Source of the DNA: Polyangiaceae bacterium
Lineage (GTDB): Bacteria > Myxococcota_A > Polyangia > Polyangiales > Polyangiaceae
Assembly: GCA_033763455.1 (NCBI GenBank)
Contig: JANRKO010000059.1
Location: 1 to 64,000, forward strand
Length of the DNA stretch: 64,000 bases
Reading direction: 5' to 3'
In this document: positions 1-9,286 of the stretch, piece by piece
Layout: each line of letters opens with the position of its first letter
How positions within the stretch are numbered: position 1 is the stretch's first letter
The notes under the pieces: model-generated
What the model was told of the DNA's origin: nothing
The model's database searches: none
Seen by the model: the letters and a program-made list of their open reading frames with translations, nothing else
Made by a program: the position numbers and the translations under genes

Positions 1-212
1 TTCTTTCGCCACAAGTGCAGCAGATTCTCGGCGACGCCTAGGCCGCCCGCAACGTCAGCGACAGTCCGTTCGCCTCGTGTCTCGAGCAGCCGAACTGCCT
101 CTCGCTTGAACTCTTCGGTGTGTTTCTTTCGCTTTCGACGACTCTTGCTTTCCATGATCTAACTCCGAGGATACCCTCTTTGCTGGGTGTCCTGGAAATC
201 CGGGGAAGCTCA
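1..212 (-). mobile_element. Left end of an IS3-family insertion sequence (runs off window start)
   Basis: Minus strand begins TGAGCTTCCCCGGATTTCCAGGACACCC at 212 (5'-TG terminus typical of IS3 IRs), followed ~55 bp later by an OrfA-like reading frame. Confidence 0.8.
3..155 (-). CDS. IS3-family transposase OrfA, N-terminal HTH (partial)
   Basis: Manual translation MESKSRRKRKKHTEEFKREAVRLLETRGERTVADVAGGLGVAENLLHLWRK matches the HTH_Tnp_1 pattern (EFKxEAV...vadvA..LGv....L..W). Not in the ORF track because it is truncated by the window edge. Confidence 0.85.
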   Translation of the reverse strand, partial: MESKSRRKRKKHTEEFKREAVRLLETRGERTVADVAGGLGVAENLLHLWRK

Positions 213-284
213 GTCGCACCGGCTGCGGTGCAGCGGTTTAGTCAGTGGTTGTTTGCCTAACGGGGGGTTTAGCCCCTTTGAGCT

Positions 285-1331
285 TCAGCGGTGTGCGTAG
301 TTCGCGTCGAGCCACGCTCGATATTCACCGGTGCGCACCTGTTCTACCCACTGCTGATTCTGGAGGTACCATCGGACCGTCTTGAGCAACCCAGAAGTAA
401 AGGTTTCCCTGGGCACCCAACCGCAATCGCGCAGAATCTTGGATGAATCCATCGCGTACCTTAAATCGTGCCCGGGGCGATCGGCAACGAAGGTTACAAG
501 CTCCGTCAGTTCACTTGGGGGGCAGCCCAACTCCTTGGCGAGAATGCGGCACAAGTGTTCTACCACCTTGACGTTGGGGAGCTCCGCATTCCCGCCCACG
601 TTGTAGGTTTCGCCGAGGCGACCTCGTTGAATGACGGCCCAGATGGCCTCGCAGTGATCGTCTACATACAACCAGTCACGAACGTTGAGGCCGCGGCCGT
701 AGAGTGGCAGCGGCTTACGCTCAAGCGCGTTCTGAAGCATGAGAGGAATGAGCTTCTCGGGAAACTGGTGCGGCCCATAGGTGTTGGAGCTGTTGGTGAT
801 GGTGGCTGGCAAACCAAACGTCTTGGCGTACGAACGCACTAGGTGGTCGCTCGCCGCTTTCGATGCTGAATACGGGCTTGAGGGATCGTAGGGGCTGGCC
901 TCGGTGAAGCGCCCCGTTTCCCCGAGAGACCCGTAGACTTCATCGGTACTCACGTGGTGGAAGTGTTGGCCCGAAACGGTGCTCCAGGTGGCTCGGGCCG
1001 CCTCCAGCAAATTGAACGTGCCTTCGATGTTGGAACGCACAAAGGCCCGGGGAGCCAAGATGCTTCGGTCAACGTGGCTTTCCGCCGCAAAATGAACCAC
1101 AAGCTCGGGTTTGTAGCGCGCGAAGATGTCCATCACGGCTTCAAAGTCGACGATATCCAAAAGCTCAAACTCATAGTTCGAAGCCTTAGCTATAGGCTCC
1201 AAGTTCGCAGGGTTCGCCGCGTAGGTGAGTTTGTCGATATTGATGAAACGGTGCTCGGGATATCGAGGCACCGAGAGCGTCAAGAAGGCTGAGCCGATAA
1301 ACCCCGCGCCGCCTGTTACGAGCACGTTCAT
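285..1331 (-). CDS. rfbB: dTDP-glucose 4,6-dehydratase
   Basis: VTGGAGFIG, FAAESHVDRSI, STDEVYG, YSASKA, DRPGHDLRYA motifs. Start placed at ATG 1331 (MNVLVTGG); the ORF track starts at 1340. Confidence 0.97.
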   Translation of the reverse strand: MNVLVTGGAGFIGSAFLTLSVPRYPEHRFINIDKLTYAANPANLEPIAKASNYEFELLDIVDFEAVMDIFARYKPELVVHFAAESHVDRSILAPRAFVRSNIEGTFNLLEAARATWSTVSGQHFHHVSTDEVYGSLGETGRFTEASPYDPSSPYSASKAASDHLVRSYAKTFGLPATITNSSNTYGPHQFPEKLIPLMLQNALERKPLPLYGRGLNVRDWLYVDDHCEAIWAVIQRGRLGETYNVGGNAELPNVKVVEHLCRILAKELGCPPSELTELVTFVADRPGHDLRYAMDSSKILRDCGWVPRETFTSGLLKTVRWYLQNQQWVEQVRTGEYRAWLDANYAHR

Positions 1332-1489
1332 CGCTGGCATCCTACAGGGCCATCCGTTTTCTCAAAGCGTTCCCCAAAAGAGCCTTAGGAATGGGGTCCT
1401 CGGGTGCGAGCCGACCTTGCATAAGTCCCCGGTACCTACCGGTGAACCAACCCCATTGGTCTGGGCGCGGCCGATGCTAGGGTGCGCGG

Positions 1490-2965
1490 ATGCCCCCAGA
1501 GGCCGACGCCGATGCCGACCAGAAGGCGCACCTGAAGAAGCGTGCCAAGTGGAGCATGGCGCTGTTGGGGTTTCGCTCAGTCCTTCAGAACTTGGTCATC
1601 CTCGTTAGTAATGTATACCTCGCTCGTCTTCTCACGCCCGGTGACTACGGCGTGTTCGGTATCCTTCAGTTTGCATTGTCTTTGTTCAAACTCATCGGGG
1701 ATACGGGTCTTGCGGCGGCCCTTGTGCAGAGGAAGGAAGCTCCGGACGATGTGGAGCTTTCGACGATCTTTTGGTTCCAGCTTGGCCTGGGTGCTTGCGT
1801 ATGCCTTGCAAGCTTTGCCGCAGTGCCGGTTCTCCCGGTCTTTTGGAAGACATTGCCGCCCGGCGCGGAGTGGTTGCTGCCTGCGCTCTCCCTAAGCCTG
1901 TTGTTCACTATGGCGCGCGTTGTTCCGATCTTGATGCTGGAGCGTCAGGTGAGCTTCGGTTGGGTAGGTACGTTGGAGTTTATCGGAACAATCGGCTTCT
2001 ACGGGTCCGCCGTCGTGCTTGCGTTCCGAGGGGCGGGTGCGGCGGCGCTCGTTTGGGCGAGTGTGATTCAGGCTGGTGTGGTCGCTCTTCTAGCCAACCT
2101 GGTGCAACCGTGGCGGCCGAGTTGGGTTTTTTCTTGGACACGCATTCGAGGGGTATTGCGCTTCGGTTTCGCATTCCAGGGTAACAACATCGTTGGCTTT
2201 GTTAACTCGGCGGTAACACCGCTATTGGCTGGAGCACGCCTCGGCAAGGAGGCCTTTGGCGTCATCCAATTTGCCCAAAATACTGCGTGGTTCCCCTCGC
2301 TTCCGGTGGGCATCGTTCGGCGAGTCTATTTTCCGTACCTAAGCCGCCTCCAGGCGGATCGAAAAGCGTTCGTGGCTGAGCTCGAAACCTCAGTGGTGCT
2401 GTGTGCTGCACCCTGTTTCCTATTTACGGGTCTCTTTTTAGGAGGCGCGCCCGCAATTGTTTCGATTATCTACGGTGACAAGTGGCTCTCGGCAGTTCCA
2501 CTTATCTACATCTACTCTATTGGATTTTGTTTCACTTTTTACACCTGGATTGCGAGTGCTGCCATTGAAGCTCTTGGGCGAGCCGGGCGGATATTCAAGA
2601 TCGCCGTTGCTGCCACTGTAGCGAACTGGATAGCCACCCTTCTGGTTACCCTTTCGGGTGGGTCCATGCTCATGTTTGGGTTGGCGTTCCAGGTCCACTT
2701 GATTCTAGCTCCTGCTATGACGCTGCTCGCGATTCGTGAACTTGTGCCCGAGGCGCGTTCGGTTTCTAGGACGCTAAGGCTTCTCCCTGCCGGCGCCGCA
2801 TGTGGGATGGTGGGGCGAGCAACTGTCCCGTGGGTGCACGGCCCCTGGACATTGAGCGGTTGGGTCCTTGTAAGTGCCACTGTGTTCGCGAGCCTTGTGC
2901 TGATACTAGACCGGGGAGTGCGAGGGTTAGCTCACGGCTATGTGCGCAAGATAATTGCGAACTAA
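1490..2965 (+). CDS. Oligosaccharide flippase (Wzx/MOP family)
   Basis: Polytopic hydrophobic protein with LARLLTPGDYG and D-x-GLAAALVQ motifs, next to rfbB. Confidence 0.85.
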   Translation: MPPEADADADQKAHLKKRAKWSMALLGFRSVLQNLVILVSNVYLARLLTPGDYGVFGILQFALSLFKLIGDTGLAAALVQRKEAPDDVELSTIFWFQLGLGACVCLASFAAVPVLPVFWKTLPPGAEWLLPALSLSLLFTMARVVPILMLERQVSFGWVGTLEFIGTIGFYGSAVVLAFRGAGAAALVWASVIQAGVVALLANLVQPWRPSWVFSWTRIRGVLRFGFAFQGNNIVGFVNSAVTPLLAGARLGKEAFGVIQFAQNTAWFPSLPVGIVRRVYFPYLSRLQADRKAFVAELETSVVLCAAPCFLFTGLFLGGAPAIVSIIYGDKWLSAVPLIYIYSIGFCFTFYTWIASAAIEALGRAGRIFKIAVAATVANWIATLLVTLSGGSMLMFGLAFQVHLILAPAMTLLAIRELVPEARSVSRTLRLLPAGAACGMVGRATVPWVHGPWTLSGWVLVSATVFASLVLILDRGVRGLAHGYVRKIIAN

Positions 2966-3642
2966 ACAGATTTCTTCACCACACCGTCTACGAACCAGAC
3001 CATCGCGAGCTCTTCGCGGGAAGCCAGCCTATCCATACCGCGACAAACGAGGTTCACTAATGGCACGAATTCCCTCAGTAAGACGCTGCGGTAAAGCGCA
3101 AGGTTTGCCATCTGTCCCAGGGTTGCCCAGAACTTTCCAAGCCCCACAACTTCATCAAAGTCCACCCCGTGCGATCGCATCAAGTGCACCACGCCATCGC
3201 GCGTGAATCGCCAATAGTCGTGGGGCGTTTCGTGTGCAGGCCACACTCCCGGTACGCTGAGGATCAGCCGCCCGCCGGGGCGGAGTACACGCAAAGCTTC
3301 CTTAAGGGCGAGCGCGGGCTCCGGCAGATGTTCCAGCACCTGCGTTGAGAGCACAACGTCCACTGAACTATCCGGCAGTGGAATGGCCTCTGCATTCCCC
3401 ACCAGAGTTGGCCGCGAAAGGGGCCCCTCTCGGTCTAACCCAATGTATTCAGTTTGTGCGACATCGAGGAAGGCTCGATACGGCTGGAGCCCACAACCAA
3501 CATCCAACACCCGCCCTCTGCACGTCTTCAGTGTTGCTTCCAACTTCAACCAGACGGGGGCAAGGTGCAGGTGCAGGGGCTGGCGCCACGTTGGCAGGTG
3601 AGGCCGGTACGGATTGGGGGTAGGAAGGAAAAGGAGAGGCAT
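2962..3642 (-). CDS. Class I SAM-dependent methyltransferase (Methyltransf_11-like)
   Basis: VLDVGCG, VLSTQVLEH, RVLRPGG and HxxPHDYWRFT motifs. Confidence 0.88.
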   Translation of the reverse strand: MPLLFLPTPNPYRPHLPTWRQPLHLHLAPVWLKLEATLKTCRGRVLDVGCGLQPYRAFLDVAQTEYIGLDREGPLSRPTLVGNAEAIPLPDSSVDVVLSTQVLEHLPEPALALKEALRVLRPGGRLILSVPGVWPAHETPHDYWRFTRDGVVHLMRSHGVDFDEVVGLGKFWATLGQMANLALYRSVLLREFVPLVNLVCRGMDRLASREELAMVWFVDGVVKKSV

Positions 3643-3682
3643 GAGGAGGGAATGTCGGTACGAGCTGGATTCGAGTCACATG

Positions 3683-4561
3683 CTATGAGAGGTTGTGCTC
3701 TTTTCTTGCAATCATCAGAACGGAATCTTCGAACCACCTTTGCGGTGCAACGTGGAGCCTTGTGAGAGCCTTTGCAACGGACCCTTCAACACGCCCTAGG
3801 GCACGCGTCAGGCTTGAGCTTGTGTGTTCGGTTCCACAAAAGTAGCGATTGTAACGCTCCCACGCGGGTTCCATGTGGATCACGGGGCCAACCGTCTGTT
3901 CGAGCGCTCGCTTAAGGCTTTTACGTGAGAAAAAAGTAAGGTGTTCGGGTGGCTTGTATTGATCCCAGGTCTCGGGGGCCATTCGTGCATTTAGATTTTC
4001 GATCACGGGAACGACAACGGCGACGAGCCCTCCTGCCTCCATAAGCTCCGCAAGAGTACTTAGAACCCGCGGTGCGTCCGCCAAGTGTTCCAGGACATCC
4101 CAAGCCGTTATTACGTCAAATGGCTTGTGCGCGGCGGCAGGCGCCAGCTCGGCGAAAAGAGAAGTTTGGACTGTGTTTTCGGCGGCGGCACGCGCGCTCT
4201 CTGCTGGCTCCACACCGACGGCCTTCCAGCCATGTGCTTGTGCTCGCTCCACGAATACCCCACTGGCTGCGCCGAAGTCCAGGAGGCGGCCCCGCGCTGG
4301 GACGAGTCGGTTGAGAAGTGCAATGCGGATTTCCGCTTTTCGTTTATTCGACGCAGATTCACGGCTGAAGTAGTCGGTGTAGCCAAGCCCTTCACCCACG
4401 AAGTAATTTCCACCATAGAGCTCACCGAGGATCTGCGCGCTCGGAGCGGGGTACACCCATTCAAAGTCACACCCCTCGCAGCGGTGGATGGCGTAGGGAT
4501 CCCTCCGAAATCTCAGTCCAGCGGCTGTGCCGCAAAATGCGCAGATTGGGAGGGGCGTCAT
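3683..4561 (-). CDS. Class I SAM-dependent methyltransferase with N-terminal Zn ribbon
   Basis: CxxC...CxxC N-terminus, LLDFGAASG, FDVITAWDVLEH, PPEHLTFF. Confidence 0.85.
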   Translation of the reverse strand: MTPLPICAFCGTAAGLRFRRDPYAIHRCEGCDFEWVYPAPSAQILGELYGGNYFVGEGLGYTDYFSRESASNKRKAEIRIALLNRLVPARGRLLDFGAASGVFVERAQAHGWKAVGVEPAESARAAAENTVQTSLFAELAPAAAHKPFDVITAWDVLEHLADAPRVLSTLAELMEAGGLVAVVVPVIENLNARMAPETWDQYKPPEHLTFFSRKSLKRALEQTVGPVIHMEPAWERYNRYFCGTEHTSSSLTRALGRVEGSVAKALTRLHVAPQRWFEDSVLMIARKEHNLS

Positions 4562-4615
4562 TCGAGGCGCCCTCGTCTAACACACTGAGTGTGGCGTACG
4601 CGACCCGCCAAGCGG

Positions 4616-5713
4616 TCAGCCACGCAGGGTTTCCTCGTAAATACGCGCGTAATCCTCCCACCAGCGTTGCCGGGGGTTCGAAGAAACGCGTGCAGCTTCC
4701 TCCGCTTGAATTTGGGCTCGCAGCTCGGGGCTTGTGATGAGCTCAGCTAGGGCTTGGGGCCACTCGGCTAGCTTCAAAGGGAGAAAGGCTCTCTCAAGGC
4801 CTGGTAACATTTCAAGGTGGGGGGGGATGCGTGAGAGCACAACCGGCGCCCCCGTCGAGATCGCCTCTAGCGGAACCAACGGCATCCCCTCAAAGCGACT
4901 TGGGCACAGCACCAGCTCAGCCTGCGCGAAGGCTTCGTCCGCGGGCCTGGCGCCTAGGAAGCGCACTTTTTCCCGGATGGGTGATGCTTGAAGCGTTTCC
5001 TCCAAATGCTGCCGTTCCTCACCCTCACCGATGACGACCCACTGAAAGGGAAGGTGTTGACAGCATGGCGTACCGAGTGCGCTGAGGATCTGGTCGAACC
5101 CCTTCTGATGGTTGAGCCGCCCAACCGAAAGTAACCTTAAGTTTCCCGGATCCCACATCGGACCGGTGTGCTCCGAGGGTCGGGCGGGCGGGTAAGGCGG
5201 CGCGTTCACGGCTAGGCTCACCGCCTGAAGGCCTAACATTTCGGCCAGGATTGACTGATCTCGCGCGCTCACCGCGACGCACCGGATGCGTCGGTTTGAG
5301 GCGAGTAGCCAACGTATGAAACTGCGGCTGCCCCATGGCAGAAAGCGAACGCGACTCCACTTTTCGGTGGCCGGGAGTAAGTGAAACGTGAAGACGAGCG
5401 GTACCTTGCCAGCAATGAACGAGAGGCTTGAGGCTGCGCTCGGTGTGGAGAGATGCGCGTGAATCAAGTCAGGCGAAAAGGCTTTCTTTCTCTTGCGTGC
5501 CGCCAGCGCCCACAGCCAAGTGGCTGACTCCCCCCGTTGAGCGGACGGCAGCGTTTCACCCGTTTCCTGCGTAAACGCGGCTGCCATTTCAGGTGTGAAT
5601 CTGCAATCTACCTTGGATTCATGCCCATGTTCCAAAGCGAGGCGATGGAGCGTACAAGCCGCACGTTCGGCACCGCCCCATCCCGTTCCGGGAAGAAGAT
5701 GTAGAATTTTCAC
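4616..5713 (-). CDS. GT4 (GT-B) glycosyltransferase
   Basis: GGAER, DLIHAH, VGRLNHQKG, PSRFEGMPLVPLEA motifs. Confidence 0.9.
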   Translation of the reverse strand: MKILHLLPGTGWGGAERAACTLHRLALEHGHESKVDCRFTPEMAAAFTQETGETLPSAQRGESATWLWALAARKRKKAFSPDLIHAHLSTPSAASSLSFIAGKVPLVFTFHLLPATEKWSRVRFLPWGSRSFIRWLLASNRRIRCVAVSARDQSILAEMLGLQAVSLAVNAPPYPPARPSEHTGPMWDPGNLRLLSVGRLNHQKGFDQILSALGTPCCQHLPFQWVVIGEGEERQHLEETLQASPIREKVRFLGARPADEAFAQAELVLCPSRFEGMPLVPLEAISTGAPVVLSRIPPHLEMLPGLERAFLPLKLAEWPQALAELITSPELRAQIQAEEAARVSSNPRQRWWEDYARIYEETLRG

Positions 5714-7047
5714 GCCTTCCTCGGCCCCTCCAACTGTGCCACTCCAAGCTTCAATCGAGCGTGTTCTGCAAGCCCGAAGGCCACGGAGTGGAAGCCCTGA
5801 AGGTGCCGGAGCCGCTTATGCCCAAAGCGTTCCTCCAAGGCTTCGGCAATGCGGGGGACCTTGGCGGTTCCCCCTGTGAGGCAAACGATGTCAACGTCTT
5901 TGGCGGTGACGCCTCCGCGAGCCAGGGTTTCGTCCAAGGCACCGAGAATCGCATCTACAGTTCGAGCCGAACCCGCTTCGAAGCCTGCTCGCGTCAACAT
6001 TTCATCGATTTGGATGCCCGGGTAGTCGAAGGAGAAGTGGGCTTCTGGCATTGTGGAGAGCGTTTTTTTGCCCGCCTCGATGAGTTCGAACAACTGAAAG
6101 CCCAGGGCATCTTCAGCCAAGCACAGTAGTTGGTCGATTTTCTCGCGGTCGGGCTCTCCTAGCGACCAGGCTTTTACGTTGTTCAAGAATTCGCGCACGT
6201 CGTTACGGCTGAAGAATGACATTTCCGCCGGAGAACAGAGCTTGGCCAGCAGTTGGCTCGGCATGGTCAGTACGTTTTTACCGAAGGGTACCCGGTATTG
6301 AACCTCCCCCCCAAAGTGCTTGGCGACACTTGTGCGCATGATGGACCCATCGAACGCGTCACCGGCCAAGCTCACACCAAAGGTAGCCAAGATGTCGGTG
6401 CGTGAAAACCCAGCGGAGCTCATTCGGACGAGTGTGTAATCCGAGGTGCCTCCGCCGAAGTCAGCGATGAGCACTAGGCGTGGCACGGCAAGCTGCTCCC
6501 GGAAATCATGAGCAGCTGCAACAGGTTCTTGGCAGAAAAGCACTGTTTGAAAACCAGCACGGCGAGCCGCTTGGGCGAGCCTTTCTTCGGCAAAAGCATC
6601 GTCGTCGTCACTTTCCGCGAAGCGAGCGGGGCGGCCGAGGAGCACCTGGGTAACGTCCGCGCCAAAGTAGAGGTTGGCGCGGTCTCGCATCTCACGCAGA
6701 AAAGCCGCTATCAAGTCTTCGAGCGCGTAGGTGTGTTGGCCGATCTGCGTGTTGGTGAAAGCTCGAGACGGCAGGAAGCGCTTAAGGGAGCGGAGGAGGC
6801 GCCCCTGCATGCCATTGTCTACGTAGTCAGAGAACGCCCGGGAGCCGAAGGAACAGCGCCCACGCTCCGGAAAGTAAAGGACGCTCCGGAGCAGCGTCGG
6901 GTCAGCGGCCCCGGGGTCTAGCGGGATGGGAGGGTGCACCTCGTTCGCATTGGCCGCTGCCAGGAGCGAGTTGCTGGTGCCAAAATCGATGGCGTAGACG
7001 TCTGGCCGAAAGGAGATGGGAGCTTTTGGCGTCAGGCGTTGCGACAT
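5710..7047 (-). CDS. Hsp70-family protein (YegD-like)
   Basis: AIDFGTSNS, GRLLRSLK, EPVAAA, DFGGGTSD, LTGGTAKVP; no DnaK substrate-binding domain. Start placed at ATG 7047 (MSQRL) because the longer ORF overlaps the divergent gene. Confidence 0.85.
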   Translation of the reverse strand: MSQRLTPKAPISFRPDVYAIDFGTSNSLLAAANANEVHPPIPLDPGAADPTLLRSVLYFPERGRCSFGSRAFSDYVDNGMQGRLLRSLKRFLPSRAFTNTQIGQHTYALEDLIAAFLREMRDRANLYFGADVTQVLLGRPARFAESDDDDAFAEERLAQAARRAGFQTVLFCQEPVAAAHDFREQLAVPRLVLIADFGGGTSDYTLVRMSSAGFSRTDILATFGVSLAGDAFDGSIMRTSVAKHFGGEVQYRVPFGKNVLTMPSQLLAKLCSPAEMSFFSRNDVREFLNNVKAWSLGEPDREKIDQLLCLAEDALGFQLFELIEAGKKTLSTMPEAHFSFDYPGIQIDEMLTRAGFEAGSARTVDAILGALDETLARGGVTAKDVDIVCLTGGTAKVPRIAEALEERFGHKRLRHLQGFHSVAFGLAEHARLKLGVAQLEGPRKA

Positions 7048-7123
7048 GTTCGCGGTGAGCGTAGCCTTCTTCGCGCGCCAGGGGGAGCCGTCGCTTCCCC
7101 GGCAGAAATGAGCGATAGCCCCC

Positions 7124-7783
7124 ATGCAGCCCCCCAATTTTCCTCCCCAGCAACCGCCACCTCACCCCCCAGGTGCGTATGGCGCCCCAGGCGTCGTCTG
7201 CTCGCAATGTCAACGGCTCGTGCCGCCGCACGAAACTGTGAATTTTCAGGGCATGGCGATCTGTGCGCAGTGCAAGCCGCTGTTCTTTCAAAGGTTGCAG
7301 GAAAGCGGGGGCGCTCGGTTCGGCGGCGGGGGCGTTGGCTTGGGCAGCATGAGTTACGCCGATTTTGGCATTCGTTTGTTAGCGAAGATTGTGGACACCA
7401 TAATCCTTTCGGTCGCGCAAGGGATGATTCAGATACCCATGATGCTGGCGATGCCCCAACAGGCGGCCAGCTCTCCCGCCGAAGTTTTCGCCGTGATGAC
7501 CGGTGCTCTCGTGCCCATGGGGTTGTCACTGGTAATGCAGGGGGCCTACTACACGTTCTTCATCGGGAAGTTCGGTGCGACCGCAGGTAAGATGCTCTTC
7601 AAGCTGCGGGTCGTTGCTCCCGACGGCACGGCCCTCAGCTATAACGCGGCGTTTATCCGCTATTTGTCGGAGCTGGTAACCGGCTGCACGTGCTTGATTG
7701 GCTATCTAATCTGCATCAATGATCCGGAGCGTCGCACGTTGCACGATCGCATGGCGAGCACTCGAGTGGTGGTTCGGGGTTAG
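7124..7783 (+). CDS. RDD-family membrane protein with N-terminal CxxC-CxxC Zn ribbon
   Basis: CSQC...CAQC, then RLLAKIVD, GATAGKMLFKLRVV, RRTLHDRMASTRVV. Confidence 0.85.
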   Translation: MQPPNFPPQQPPPHPPGAYGAPGVVCSQCQRLVPPHETVNFQGMAICAQCKPLFFQRLQESGGARFGGGGVGLGSMSYADFGIRLLAKIVDTIILSVAQGMIQIPMMLAMPQQAASSPAEVFAVMTGALVPMGLSLVMQGAYYTFFIGKFGATAGKMLFKLRVVAPDGTALSYNAAFIRYLSELVTGCTCLIGYLICINDPERRTLHDRMASTRVVVRG

Positions 7784-7791
7784 CCCGCGCA

Positions 7792-8418
7792 ATGTATTGT
7801 GCTCGCTGCGTGCGCCCGCTTCAGCCGGATGCGTTTCGGGAGGGTAGCTTTTCCCGCTGCGCCTGTGGCGCGAGCGTGCGCGCTTGGGCTTTCCCGGCCC
7901 AGTTCCACGGTCAACCTATCGGGCAGCAGCCGATCGCGCGAGCCGAAGCGGAAGCCAGCTGCTATTTTCATCCTGGCAACCGCGCGGAGGTTCCGTGCGC
8001 ATCGTGCGGGCGTCTCCTGTGTAGCGTGTGCGATATTCAGGTCACCGGAGCTCATCGCTGTGCGAGCTGCATCGAGGGCGCAGTGGGGAGGGGAGATGTG
8101 GAGCAAGCCGGCGAGCTTTTCATGCACGACTCGGCGAATCTCATGCTGGCGCTCTTGCCGCTGATTCTCGGGGTTTTCCTCTGGCCGCTTATCCCATTCA
8201 CAGCGGCGTTCACCCTCTACCGCGTCTTCCGCTATTTTAAGGCTCCGCTGGGGCCAGTGCCGAGAACTCGTATCCGGCATTGGGTGGCGGGGGGAGTTGC
8301 GCTCGTTCAGTTGCTTTCGGTCGCACTTGCCGTGGCGTGGCTCGTGACCACTTACTCCGAGCTCTTCTCCCACGAGCCCCCTGCACCCCCTGCACCCGTT
8401 ATGAAGGGGGGATCATGA
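7792..8418 (+). CDS. B-box-like Zn-finger membrane protein
   Basis: CYFH...CASC...CSVC...CASC followed by hydrophobic helices; lies in the operon. Confidence 0.7.
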   Translation: MYCARCVRPLQPDAFREGSFSRCACGASVRAWAFPAQFHGQPIGQQPIARAEAEASCYFHPGNRAEVPCASCGRLLCSVCDIQVTGAHRCASCIEGAVGRGDVEQAGELFMHDSANLMLALLPLILGVFLWPLIPFTAAFTLYRVFRYFKAPLGPVPRTRIRHWVAGGVALVQLLSVALAVAWLVTTYSELFSHEPPAPPAPVMKGGS

Positions 8419-8954
8419 TGTATCTTCCCTTACCCGGCCGAGGGGCGTCCATCGCAGGAAAATCAACGCTCTGGTTGGGTGAGCATCATCTCATGCTGCT
8501 GCATGACGGCTGGCTTCGACAGAAGTACCGGCGGTTTGCGTATTCGGACATTTGCGGTCTGCAGCTGCAGCTCCACCGCGGCCAGGCATGGCGCGGGGGG
8601 GCGTTTTCCGTGGTGGGCCTCATCTGCTTGTTAGTGGCGATCGTGGCTCCCTTTGAATTTAAGGTAGTCGCGGTCGTGTTGCTGGCCCTGGCTTTGTTTG
8701 GCGTGGGGGCTGAGTTAGTTCGGGGGCCCCATTGCCGCGTGTGGTTATCCACCGCCGTGGGTGACTGCAAGTTGCCTTCTCTCTGCCGCGTTCGCACAGC
8801 AGAGAAGGCACTTGCAGAAATCATTCCTCGCATTGAGGCCGCACAAGGCCGTGTGGATCCCGGGCAACTTGAACACGAATTGGCTCGGCTGAGCCCTCCC
8901 TCGCTATTCGAGTCGGCCGCGGCCCCAGGGCTGCAAGGAGGCATGCCCACGTGA
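8415..8954 (+). CDS. Hypothetical membrane protein (2 TM)
   Basis: ATG 8415 overlaps the upstream TGA and the stop overlaps the downstream GTG; two TM segments. The ORF track starts at 8280. Confidence 0.7.
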   Translation: MMYLPLPGRGASIAGKSTLWLGEHHLMLLHDGWLRQKYRRFAYSDICGLQLQLHRGQAWRGGAFSVVGLICLLVAIVAPFEFKVVAVVLLALALFGVGAELVRGPHCRVWLSTAVGDCKLPSLCRVRTAEKALAEIIPRIEAAQGRVDPGQLEHELARLSPPSLFESAAAPGLQGGMPT

Positions 8955-9268
8955 GCCTGGTTGCGCAGCGCTGTTTCACGCATCAGAGCCGCGGTGCCTC
9001 CGGTCGTTGCCCGGGTTGCATTCGCTTTTACTGTCGCGAGTGCCTCACCGAACACGAGGGGCGAGTGCTGTGCACGCGGTGCCTTCACGCCCTCAACAGG
9101 CCCGCCCTGTTGCCAAAAATTGGGGCTGGCGGATGGAGTATGCGTTTGGTTGGAGCAGTGCTTGGGCTTTTCGCCGGCTACTTATTCTTCTTGCTCATTG
9201 GGCGTCTTTTCTTGTTTTTGCCTCCGAGTTTTCACGACGGGTCGGCCCTTACAGGGCTGTTTAAGTAG
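8951..9268 (+). CDS. Small B-box-like Zn-finger protein with C-terminal TM helix
   Basis: CFTH...CPGC...CREC...CTRC plus one TM; GTGA coupling to the upstream gene. Confidence 0.72.
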   Translation: MSLVAQRCFTHQSRGASGRCPGCIRFYCRECLTEHEGRVLCTRCLHALNRPALLPKIGAGGWSMRLVGAVLGLFAGYLFFLLIGRLFLFLPPSFHDGSALTGLFK

Positions 9269-9286
9269 CGCGTTCGGCGGAGTGTT

